Shown: positions 9,129-17,119 of the stretch, in pieces
Numbering within the stretch: the first letter of the stretch is position 1
Layout: the number at the start of each line of letters is the position of its first letter
Assembly (NCBI GenBank): GCA_041288095.1
Contig: JBGGMJ010000057.1
Location: 1-27,492 of the forward strand
DNA length: 27,492 nt
Direction: 5' to 3'
Source of the DNA: Myxococcota bacterium
GTDB taxonomy: Bacteria; Myxococcota; XYA12-FULL-58-9; JALHOP01
Made by a program: the position numbers and the translations under genes
Notes under the pieces: model-generated
Told to the model about the DNA's origin: nothing
Databases searched by the model: none
What the model saw: the letters and a program-made list of their open reading frames with translations, nothing else

Positions 9129-9926
9129 ATGACCCGCTTACAGGGCAAAGTCGTTTGGGTGACCGGCGCCTCCTCGGGCATAGGCGAGGCGCTCGTGCAC
9201 GCCCTCGCGGGCGAAGGCTGTCAGGTCGCGCTTTCGGCCCGCCGCGACGGGGAGCTTGCGCGCGTCGCCCGCGATGTCGGTGAAGCGGTCTCGACGCTGG
9301 TGGCGCCGATGGACGTCACCGACGACACGAGTCGCAAGACGGCGCACGCCAAGGTGATGAAGCATTTCGGCCGCGTCGACGTCCTCATCAACAACGCCGG
9401 CGTGTCCCAACGCGGGCGTGCGGTCGATACGTCCGTGGAGGTGCTGCGGCGCCTCATGGAGGTCGACTTCTTCGGGCCGGTCGAGCTGACGCGGCTCGTC
9501 TTGCCGGAGATGCTCGAACGTAAGAGCGGCCACGTCGTCGTGGTCACGAGCCTCCTCGGCGTGTTCGGTACGCCATGGCGGTCGGGCTACGCCGCCGCCA
9601 AGCATGCCATGCACGGCTGGAGTGAATCCTTGCGCGCCGAAGTTGCCGATCAGGGCGTGAACGTCACCGTCGCTTGCCCAGGGTTCGTGCGGACGGGTAT
9701 CTCTGCCCACGCGCTCACTCCCGACGGTTCGCCGTTGGGCAAGAGTGACCGGGATCCGCAGTCAGGAATTACTCCCGAGGCCTGCGCCCGCGGCATCCTG
9801 AAGGCCATAAGGCGCAACGCCGTCGAAGTCTACGTGGCCAGAGCGCCCGAAAAGCTCGCTGGCTTCGTGAAGCGCGCTTCTCCCGCGACGTTCGCACGGC
9901 TCATTCGTCGCGTGCGCGTCACCTGA
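9129..9926 (+). CDS. SDR family oxidoreductase (DHRS7-like)
   Basis: TGASSGIG, NNAG and catalytic YAAAK motifs. Confidence 0.93.
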   Translation: MTRLQGKVVWVTGASSGIGEALVHALAGEGCQVALSARRDGELARVARDVGEAVSTLVAPMDVTDDTSRKTAHAKVMKHFGRVDVLINNAGVSQRGRAVDTSVEVLRRLMEVDFFGPVELTRLVLPEMLERKSGHVVVVTSLLGVFGTPWRSGYAAAKHAMHGWSESLRAEVADQGVNVTVACPGFVRTGISAHALTPDGSPLGKSDRDPQSGITPEACARGILKAIRRNAVEVYVARAPEKLAGFVKRASPATFARLIRRVRVT

Positions 9927-9949
9927 CCTTATTAGTGAGAAAAATTTTG

Positions 9950-10540
9950 ATGATGCTCAAGTCCTTCGTCGTTGCCGCCTTGCTCCTCCTCCCGCTCGCC
10001 TCGGCGCGCGCCGAGCAGGAGCCCGCCAAGACCACTCCGCCCGCGGCTCAACCGGCTGGCGACGTGCCGGCGGCTCCGACGCCGCCCCCGGCCCCGACCA
10101 TCGAGGGCAAGTATCGCTTCGTCGGCGGTGACAAGGAGACCAAGGCGGTCGAAGAAGCGATCGAAAAGGTCGTGCAGGAGATGCTCTTCATCAAGCGCCC
10201 AATCGCGCGCGGCCGTCTCAAGGACCGCAACAAGGTCGCGAGCTCGTGGACCTTCACCACCGCCGGCGGGCAGATCAAGTCGGCGGCCGAGGGCATCATG
10301 ACCTGGTCGAGCCCCGAGAACGGCTCGCCCGCCGATGTGAAGACCTCGACCGGCGATGACGCGAAGCTCAGCCAGAAGATCGCCGGCAACAAGCTCACCC
10401 AGGTGTTCACCACCAAGGAAGGCAAGCGCGAGTCGATCTTCACGCTCGGCGCCGATGGCCAGACCCTGACGATGGACATCGTCCTGGTCAGCGAGCAGCT
10501 GCCGATCCCGCTGAAGTACTCGCTCACCTACAAGAAATAA
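9950..10540 (+). CDS. Exported hypothetical protein with Pro-rich linker and beta-rich domain
   Basis: Signal peptide MMLKSFVVAALLLLPLASARA, PAAPTPPPAP linker, strong codon bias. The start could be 9935, 9950 or 9953. Confidence 0.75.
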   Translation: MMLKSFVVAALLLLPLASARAEQEPAKTTPPAAQPAGDVPAAPTPPPAPTIEGKYRFVGGDKETKAVEEAIEKVVQEMLFIKRPIARGRLKDRNKVASSWTFTTAGGQIKSAAEGIMTWSSPENGSPADVKTSTGDDAKLSQKIAGNKLTQVFTTKEGKRESIFTLGADGQTLTMDIVLVSEQLPIPLKYSLTYKK

Positions 10541-10546
10541 GGTGAG

Positions 10547-11311
10547 CTACGGCGCCACGACCTTCGGGATGAGCATCCACTCGACGGCCGCGGCGCTCGC
10601 GAGGAATCCGAACGTGCCTGTCACATAGGTGACCGCGCCGTAGCCGGTTTCGCAATCGAGGCCGTCAGGCGCGCACGCCATGCCTTCTGGCAGCACCGGC
10701 ACCTCGTCGCTGTAAACGCAGCGGATGCTCCAGGTGCCCTTGCGAGGGAAGTCGTGCTTCTGTCGCAGCTTCTTGCGCAACATGGCGAGCATCTTGTCGC
10801 CGTGCGCCTTGGTGATGTCGGTGACCTTGATTTGCGTCGGGTCGCGACGGCCGCCGGCACCGCCCAGCACGATGAGGCGTTGCCGCTTGCGCCGGCAGGC
10901 TTTGATCATGATCAGCTTGTTGGTGAAGTTGTCGATGCAGTCGACGACCACGTCGTAGGGCGTCCCCAGGATCTGCTCGGCGGTGGACTCGGTGAAGAAG
11001 TCCTCGATGACGTTCACCTGGATGGCCGGATTGATGGCGCGTACGCGCTCGGCGAGGACCGCGGCCTTGCCTTTGCCGATGGTGTGCGAGAGGGCGTGAA
11101 GCTGGCGGTTGATGTTGCTGGCGCAGATCTCGTCGAGATCGACGAGCGTGAGGGTGCCGACCCCGGTGCGGGCCAGTGCCTCGACCACCCAAGAGCCCAC
11201 GCCTCCGAGGCCGATGACGCAAATGTGCCCGCGGGCGATACGCGAGGCGGCGTCGGGGCCGTAGAGGCGCTCGATACCGCCAAAGCGGACGGAGCTCTCG
11301 GAGGGTTCCAT
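10547..11311 (-). CDS. tcdA: tRNA threonylcarbamoyladenosine dehydratase (ThiF family)
   Basis: VIGLGGVGSWVVEALARTGVG, DLDEICASNINRQL, GGAGGRRDPTQI, VYSDE and VTGTFG motifs. Confidence 0.9.
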   Translation of the reverse strand: MEPSESSVRFGGIERLYGPDAASRIARGHICVIGLGGVGSWVVEALARTGVGTLTLVDLDEICASNINRQLHALSHTIGKGKAAVLAERVRAINPAIQVNVIEDFFTESTAEQILGTPYDVVVDCIDNFTNKLIMIKACRRKRQRLIVLGGAGGRRDPTQIKVTDITKAHGDKMLAMLRKKLRQKHDFPRKGTWSIRCVYSDEVPVLPEGMACAPDGLDCETGYGAVTYVTGTFGFLASAAAVEWMLIPKVVAP

Positions 11312-11385
11312 CGAGCCGCCGATATACAGAGGTCGTACGTCGCTTGTCGACAGGCAGGCCGCGATCTGGAAGAAGGGAGGCCTCC

Positions 11386-14223
11386 ATGCGGACCGTTCTC
11401 GCCATCTGCTTGATCTCGCTCGCGCTTGCCGCGCATCCCTCGCTTGCGGCCCCGGCCCCCGGCACCGATGTCATGCCGCTCACCGTGACCGAGAAATCCC
11501 TCGGCAACGGCCTGAAGGTCATCGTGGTGCCGACCGGCTTCCCCGGGCTCGTCTCCATCCAGATCCCGGTGCAGACCGGCTCGCGCAACGAGGTCGAGGC
11601 GGGCAAGACCGGCTTCGCGCACCTCTTCGAGCACATGATGTTCCGCGGCACTCCGGCGAATCCTCCCGAGAAATATCAGGCGGTGATGAACCGGGTCGGC
11701 GCCCGCCAGAACGCGTACACGAGCGACGACTACACCAACTATTTTCTGACCTTCGCCAAGGAAGACCTGGAAGAGGTGCTGGCGCTCGAGGCCGACCGGT
11801 TCGCGAACCTGTCGTTCACCGAGAACACCTTCGTCACCGAGACCAGGGCAGTGCTCGGCGAATACGACAAGAACAGCGCCGACCCCGCAAACAAGCTCTA
11901 CGAGCGGCTGCGCGACACGGCGTTCGCGGCGCATCCCTACAAGCACACGACCATGGGCTTCCTCGCCGACATCCAAGCGATGCCGTCGCAGTACGCCTAC
12001 GCCAAGACCTTCTTCGCGCGTTGGTACCGGCCGGAGCTCACGACCCTGGTGATTGCCGGTGACGTCGAGGTGGAAAAGGCGCTCGCTTTAGCGGATAAGT
12101 ATTTCGGCGCCTGGAAGGTGAAGCCGGCCGAGGGGCGAGTCGACATCCCCGTCGAGGTGCAAGCCAAGGGCCCGGCGTACACGCATCTCGATTGGCCGAC
12201 TGCCACGGCGCCGTTGGTCTGGGTTGCCTTCCATGGTCCGGCGTATTCGCCTACCAATCAACGCCACGCCGCCATGCGCTTGGCGCTCGATCTCTACGCC
12301 GGCCCGACGAGCGAGCTCTACAAGCGCTTGGTTGAGCGTGAGCAGAAGATCGACACGCTCTATACGGAGATTCCAGAGAGCGTCGACGCGGGGCTCATCC
12401 TCATCGCGGCGCGTTTGAAAAAAGTGGGCGACGCCGTGGAAGTGCGTGACGCCATCTTGAAGGCGGTCGGCGAGGCGCGCAGCGCGCTGGTGCCGGCGCA
12501 ACGCTTGAGCGCGGCCAAATCCGCGGCGCGCTATCACTTCGCCAAGGCGCTCGACAGCACGACTTCGATCGCCGCTCGCGTGGCCGAGAGCGCCCGCTTC
12601 GAGCGTCGCTTCGGCACCACCAACCAGTACTACCGCACCATGGCCGGCATCACCGCGGAGCAGCTCCGCGACGCGGCGCGTGCTGTCTTCACCGACGAGA
12701 ATCTGGTGCTCGCGACGCTGTCGCACGAGCCCATCAGCCCCGATTGCGGCCGGCCGGCGAAGCTCAAGAACTTCGACTCCTCGCGCGACAAGCAAACGAG
12801 CGTCGAGCTCTTGGTGCGACCGTCGAGCTTGCCGACCATCGACATGAAGGTCACCTTCGGCGTCGGCTCGGCGCACGACCCCAAGGGCAAGGAAGGACTC
12901 GCGACCCTGGCCGCGGCGATGGTCTCCGAAGCGGGCTCACAGCTCGCCCGCACCGACGAGGTCGCGGCGGCGCTCTATCCCTTGGCGGCGACCTTCGAGG
13001 CGCAGGTCGACAAGGAGCTGACGACCCTTACAGGCATCGCGCACGTCGATGTCTGGTCTTCTTTCGCGGACGTGGTCTTCCCACTCTTGACCGCGCCGGG
13101 CATGCGCAACGAGGACTTCACGCGCTTGCGCGACGCGCAGCTCGCGGCGCTCACCGAAGATCTGCGCCTTTCGAACGACGAGGAGCTCGGCAAGGAGCGC
13201 CTGCAGGCGAACACTTGGAAGGGCACTTCGTACGCCCACCCGACGCTCGGCACGCTTGCCGGCGTGAAGGCGATTACCCTCGACGACGTGCGTGACTTCG
13301 TCGCCAAGAACTACACGCGCGCGAACCTCGTGATCGGCCTCACCGGCAAGGCGACGGAGCAGATCATCGAGCGGGTGCGCTCCGAGCTCGCGGTGCTGCC
13401 GGCGGGCGAGCACGCGGCGGCGCCGTCCGTCAAAGCGGCACCGGCCAAGGGCTTGAGCGTGGAGATCATCGCCAAGGATACGCGCGCTACCGCCATCTCG
13501 CTCGGCCATCCCATCGAAGTCACGCGCTCCCATCCCGATTTCATCGCCTTGTATCTCGCGCGCACCTGGCTGGGTGAGCACCGCTCGCCGATGTCGCACC
13601 TGTACCAACGCATTCGCGAGGCGCGCGGCTTGAACTACGGCGACTACGCTTACATCGAGGCCTTTCCGAACGGCATGTTCCAGTTGCTGCCATCAGCGAA
13701 CCGTCCGCGCCATCAGCAGCTCTTCGAGATCTGGATCCGACCCGTGCAGCCGAAGAACGCCCAGATGGCGCTGCGCATCGCTCTGTACGAGCTAGAGCGC
13801 CTGGTGAACGAGGGCATGACCCAGGAACAGCTCGATGCGACGCGCGCCTACCTCATGAAAAACGCGCTGGTGATGACGGCGCGACAAGATCAGGCACTGG
13901 GCTACGCCCTGGACGCGCGCTGGCATGGAACTCCGGACTTCGTGCAGTTCATGCGCGATGGGCTCGCGGCCTTGACCCTCGAGAAGGTCAACGGGGCATT
14001 GAAGAAGCACATCAAGCCGAAGGATCTGCGGATCGTCGTGGTCACCAAGGACGCGAATGGCTTGCGCAGTGCGCTGCTCAAGGATGCGCCGACGACGATT
14101 GCCTATGACGCAGCGAAGCCGGACGAGTTGGTCGCCGAGGATGCGAAGATTGGCGCGATGAAGCTGGGCCTGTCCGCTTCGGCGGTTACGGTGACGCCGG
14201 TGGATCAGGTTTTTGCTCGGTAG
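11386..14223 (+). CDS. Exported M16 (pitrilysin/insulinase-like) zinc metallopeptidase, two fused halves
   Basis: GGAGG at 11376-11380, ATG at 11386, signal peptide, inverted zinc motif HLFEH, NAYT, and C-terminal IREARGLNYG. Confidence 0.93.
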   Translation: MRTVLAICLISLALAAHPSLAAPAPGTDVMPLTVTEKSLGNGLKVIVVPTGFPGLVSIQIPVQTGSRNEVEAGKTGFAHLFEHMMFRGTPANPPEKYQAVMNRVGARQNAYTSDDYTNYFLTFAKEDLEEVLALEADRFANLSFTENTFVTETRAVLGEYDKNSADPANKLYERLRDTAFAAHPYKHTTMGFLADIQAMPSQYAYAKTFFARWYRPELTTLVIAGDVEVEKALALADKYFGAWKVKPAEGRVDIPVEVQAKGPAYTHLDWPTATAPLVWVAFHGPAYSPTNQRHAAMRLALDLYAGPTSELYKRLVEREQKIDTLYTEIPESVDAGLILIAARLKKVGDAVEVRDAILKAVGEARSALVPAQRLSAAKSAARYHFAKALDSTTSIAARVAESARFERRFGTTNQYYRTMAGITAEQLRDAARAVFTDENLVLATLSHEPISPDCGRPAKLKNFDSSRDKQTSVELLVRPSSLPTIDMKVTFGVGSAHDPKGKEGLATLAAAMVSEAGSQLARTDEVAAALYPLAATFEAQVDKELTTLTGIAHVDVWSSFADVVFPLLTAPGMRNEDFTRLRDAQLAALTEDLRLSNDEELGKERLQANTWKGTSYAHPTLGTLAGVKAITLDDVRDFVAKNYTRANLVIGLTGKATEQIIERVRSELAVLPAGEHAAAPSVKAAPAKGLSVEIIAKDTRATAISLGHPIEVTRSHPDFIALYLARTWLGEHRSPMSHLYQRIREARGLNYGDYAYIEAFPNGMFQLLPSANRPRHQQLFEIWIRPVQPKNAQMALRIALYELERLVNEGMTQEQLDATRAYLMKNALVMTARQDQALGYALDARWHGTPDFVQFMRDGLAALTLEKVNGALKKHIKPKDLRIVVVTKDANGLRSALLKDAPTTIAYDAAKPDELVAEDAKIGAMKLGLSASAVTVTPVDQVFAR

Positions 14224-14226
14224 CTG

Positions 14227-14289
14227 TCGGCAATCGGCAATCGGCAATCGGTGATCGGTGATCGGTGATCGGTGATCGGCCTTCGGCAT
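14227..14289. repeat. Heptamer tandem array: (TCGGCAA)3(TCGGTGA)4 TCGGCCT TCGGCAT
   Basis: Nine contiguous TCGGNNN units read directly, starting 3 nt after the M16 stop. Confidence 0.95.
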
Positions 14290-14343
14290 CTTCGCCGATC
14301 GCCCCTCCTGCGCCTTCCGCTCCTCAGGTTTTGTGGCAAGCAC

Positions 14344-14371
14344 AAAACCCTCCGGTACCGGCTCCGGAGGG
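14344..14371 (-). terminator. Possible intrinsic terminator of the four-helix-bundle gene
   Basis: 8-bp stem CCCTCCGG (14348-14355)/CCGGAGGG (14364-14371) followed by TTTTG on the minus strand, 15 nt past the stop codon. The U-tract is short. Confidence 0.5.
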
Positions 14372-14386
14372 GCTCTGCGCTCGCAG

Positions 14387-14710
14387 CTAGCGAAAGCGGG
14401 CGAGCATTGCGCAGAGGTGATCGCATTGGTCGCGTAGTGCTGCGGCGGTGGTGGGGTCAATCAACCCGATGGTGACGGCGACGTCTGCTATGGCGGTGAC
14501 CTCGTAGGCGGAACCGCGAGCGGTCGAGAAGAACCGCTGACGGTCACGCGCGCCACGCTTGCCGCAACCCTCGGCGAAGTTGAGCGTGATGCTAGCGGCT
14601 GCCCGCCGCAGTTGGTCAGCGAGATACGCCGGCAACGCCCGCCCAAGCACCTGACTCGAGCGAACGACGTCGAGCGCCACCGAGTAGATGCGTGTGTCCA
14701 AAAACCTCAT
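14387..14710 (-). CDS. Four-helix-bundle protein (23S rRNA IVP / TIGR02436 / Avd-like family), 107 aa
   Basis: Family motifs LADQLRRAAASITLNFAEGCGK and RFFSTARGSAYEV. ATG at 14710 with GGAGGT 9 nt upstream (14720-14725). Antisense to both neighbours. Confidence 0.9.
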   Translation of the reverse strand: MRFLDTRIYSVALDVVRSSQVLGRALPAYLADQLRRAAASITLNFAEGCGKRGARDRQRFFSTARGSAYEVTAIADVAVTIGLIDPTTAAALRDQCDHLCAMLARFR

Positions 14711-14719
14711 GCTTCGCCT

Positions 14720-14800
14720 ACCTCCGTCGTGGCCTCGGTGTGAGGCCCGCAACAGCGAGGGCGTCAGCCCGGGGCCTCACACCGAGGTCACGGCGGAGGT
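14720..14800. promoter_or_regulatory. 29-bp inverted repeat (hairpin) covering the RBS of the four-helix-bundle gene
   Basis: Arms 14720-14748 and 14772-14800 give 27/29 Watson-Crick pairs plus two G-T pairs on the + strand. The 23-nt loop holds a GGGC-GTCA-GCCC mini-hairpin. A regulatory role is inferred. Confidence 0.75.
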
Positions 14801-14857
14801 CGCAGCACGAGGCTCACCGGACCGCTCCAGCGGTCCCGCCGAAGGCGCACGCGCGAA

Positions 14858-14899
14858 TCGGCCATCTGCCATCGGAAATCGGCCCTCGGCAATCAGCCC
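14858..14899. repeat. Degenerate heptamer array: TCGGCCA TCTGCCA TCGGAAA TCGGCCC TCGGCAA TCAGCCC
   Basis: Six contiguous 7-nt units with the same consensus and orientation as the 14227-14289 array. Confidence 0.85.
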
Positions 14900-14960
14900 A
14901 CCACTCCCCACCGCCGCCAATAAGTTGCCGAGTTCAATCCCCCGCCTTATGCGTTGACCC

Positions 14961-15536
14961 GTGGTCCAATCCGGCCGTCGTATCGTTCTCGCGTCGCGTT
15001 CGCCGCGGCGGAAGCAGCTCCTTGCCGGCGCTGGCTACGACGTCACCATCAATGCCGTCGACGCCGACGAGAGTTGGCCGCCCGGTCGCTTCGCGGCGGC
15101 CCTGCACACCATCTGTCACCGCAAGATCGAGCACGCGAAACCTTACGAGCTGCCGACCGTCGCCGCGGACACCGTGGTCGTCCTCGGCTCGAAACGTTTC
15201 GGCAAACCCGCCGACGCCGCCGAAGCGCGCGCCTTTCTCACGACCCTCTCGGGCCGCGAGCATTGGGTCATGACCGGTTTCTGCGTGCGCCTGCGCGACG
15301 TCGAAATTTCTTCGGTGGTGACGACGCGCGTGCAGTTTCGTGACCTCACGCGACTCGAGATCGACCAGTACGTCGCCACTGGCGATCCGTTCGATAAGGC
15401 CGGCGGCTACGGCATCCAGGGCGAGGGTGGGGCGCTGGTCGAGACCATCGTCGGTTCCTACACCAACGTCGTCGGCCTACCGGTCACCGAGGTGCGCGGC
15501 GCCATCGAGCACCTGGTGATGGGAGGCCGCAAGTGA
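14961..15536 (+). CDS. maf: Maf family nucleoside triphosphate pyrophosphatase (YhdE-like)
   Basis: LASRSPRRKQLL, ADTVV, GKP, LSGREH, DKAGGYGIQG and GSYTNVVGLP motifs. Confidence 0.93.
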   Translation: MVQSGRRIVLASRSPRRKQLLAGAGYDVTINAVDADESWPPGRFAAALHTICHRKIEHAKPYELPTVAADTVVVLGSKRFGKPADAAEARAFLTTLSGREHWVMTGFCVRLRDVEISSVVTTRVQFRDLTRLEIDQYVATGDPFDKAGGYGIQGEGGALVETIVGSYTNVVGLPVTEVRGAIEHLVMGGRK

Positions 15537-16216
15537 GCCTCGCGCATCGTCTCGCGGACGTCCGCGCGCGGGTCGCCGATGCGGCGCGTGCCGCCGGGCG
15601 CTCGCCCGAGTCGGTGACTCTGGTCGCGGTCAGCAAGTTCCATCCAGTTGATGCCATCGTCGAGGCGCATGGCCTCGGGGTGCGCGACTTCGGCGAAAAC
15701 ATCGTGCAAGAGCTAGTCGAGAAGGCGTCCGCTGTAGCGGATCTTGGCCTCGACGTCCGCTGGCACTTCATCGGCCGTCTGCAGCGCAACAAGATCAATT
15801 TGCTGCTGCGCCATCCTATCCACCGCATGCACACCATCGATCGCGCGGAGCTTGCCGATGCCGTGGCCCAGCGCGCGCCCGAAGCCGGCCTCGATGTGCT
15901 GGTGCAGGTGAACATTGGCCGCGAGCCCCAGAAGGGCGGAGCGCTCCCAGAGGAGACCGAAGCGCTCGCGCGCCACGTCCTGGGCGTCGCGCGCCTGCGC
16001 TTGCGCGGGCTCATGGCCATCCCACCGGACGGCGTCGACGCCGTGCCGTACTTCGCCGAGATGACGGCGCTGGCCGAGAAGGTGCGCGCCATAGCGCCGC
16101 AAGCCACCGAGCTTTCGCTCGGCATGACCCACGATTTCACTACCGCAATCGCAGCCGGGTCGACGCACGTCCGCGTCGGCACGGCCATCTTTGGATCACG
16201 GAGACCTGAAACATGA
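15533..16216 (+). CDS. yggS: YggS family PLP-binding protein
   Basis: LVAVSK, FGEN, WHFIGRLQRNK, LRGLMAIPP and VRVGTAIFGSR motifs. GTGA overlap with maf. Confidence 0.95.
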   Translation: MSLAHRLADVRARVADAARAAGRSPESVTLVAVSKFHPVDAIVEAHGLGVRDFGENIVQELVEKASAVADLGLDVRWHFIGRLQRNKINLLLRHPIHRMHTIDRAELADAVAQRAPEAGLDVLVQVNIGREPQKGGALPEETEALARHVLGVARLRLRGLMAIPPDGVDAVPYFAEMTALAEKVRAIAPQATELSLGMTHDFTTAIAAGSTHVRVGTAIFGSRRPET

Positions 16217-16773
16217 AGCTCACGCCAATCGACGTGCAACAGCAGCAGTTCAAGAAAGCTTGGAACGGTTTCGACCGAGGCGAGGTGCACAGTTTCCTCG
16301 ACATCGTCGCCGCCCAGATGAGCGAGCTGTCGCGAGAGAACAACGAGCTGCGCGCCGAGATGAAGCGGGCCAAGGCCGAGATCGAGGATCACCGCACCCG
16401 CGAGGAAACCTTGCGCGAGGCCATGCTCACCGCCCAGCGCGCCATCGACGAGATCCGTGACCACGCGAAGAAGGAAGCGCAGCTCACCGTCAGCGAGGCC
16501 GAGCTGCGGGCCGAGCGCATCCTCCACAATGCCCACGCCCGCGTCACCAAGCTCGCCGACGAGGTCCATGATCTGCAGCGACAGCGCTTGCGCGCCATCG
16601 AGGAGCTGCGCGGCATCGTCAGCACGCACTTGAAGCTGCTCGAGCTCGCCGAGGAGCAGTCGCGGGACGAGAAGGCCGAGGCCGGAGCCAGCGTGACCGT
16701 GCTCGAACGCTTGCGGGCGCCCGCGCCGCCGCCGCTCGGTGAGTCCGCCAAAGCGAGCGAGTCCCGCGCTTGA
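16213..16773 (+). CDS. divIVA: DivIVA domain coiled-coil protein
   Basis: MKLTPIDVQQQQFKKAWNGFDRGEVHSFLD is a DivIVA N-terminus, followed by a long coiled coil. ATGA overlap with yggS. Confidence 0.9.
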   Translation: MKLTPIDVQQQQFKKAWNGFDRGEVHSFLDIVAAQMSELSRENNELRAEMKRAKAEIEDHRTREETLREAMLTAQRAIDEIRDHAKKEAQLTVSEAELRAERILHNAHARVTKLADEVHDLQRQRLRAIEELRGIVSTHLKLLELAEEQSRDEKAEAGASVTVLERLRAPAPPPLGESAKASESRA

Positions 16774-17069
16774 CGACGGCGCCGCCGTGGCTCCACCAGC
16801 ACGGCGACGACGTGCTCATCGACGTCGCCGTGGTGCCGAAGGCTTCGCGGACGCGCATCCTCAACGTCTACGACGACCGCCTGAAGATTCAGCTCGCGGC
16901 ACCGCCCGTCGACGGCAAGGCCAACGATGCGCTCGTGCGCTTTCTCGCCGAGACTCTCGACATGCCCCGCGCCCAGATCGAGATCGTCGGCGGCGCGGCG
17001 AACAAGCGCAAGACCGTCCGCGTGAAGAACGCCGCGATGGTGCGCGTCATGCTCAAGCTCGCGCCCTGA
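16770..17069 (+). CDS. yggU: DUF167/YggU family protein
   Basis: VVPKASRT, LKIQLAAPPVDGKANDALVRFLAE and KRKTV motifs. TTGA overlap with divIVA. Confidence 0.92.
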   Translation: MTTAPPWLHQHGDDVLIDVAVVPKASRTRILNVYDDRLKIQLAAPPVDGKANDALVRFLAETLDMPRAQIEIVGGAANKRKTVRVKNAAMVRVMLKLAP

Positions 17070-17119
17070 GCCGCGCCTGAAATTTGCGAAAGCGGACCGG
17101 TCGGGTGAAATACCTGGCT

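Noticed and set aside
11376-11385. Perfect palindrome GGAGGCCTCC over the M16 RBS
   Set aside because: It has no loop, so it cannot form a stable hairpin, and it is short enough to be chance in GC-rich DNA.
13792-14475. ORFs crossing the heptamer array (PITDHR-type repeats)
   Set aside because: Translation artefacts of the 7-mer array that overlap real genes.
14227-14899. CRISPR array or diversity-generating retroelement
   Set aside because: The units are contiguous 7-mers with no spacers and no cas genes. No reverse transcriptase or template/variable repeat pair was seen in the window.
14224-14960. 23S rRNA intervening sequence or classical IS element
   Set aside because: The flanks are protein-coding genes rather than rRNA. 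No transposase, long terminal inverted repeats or target-site duplication was found by eye.
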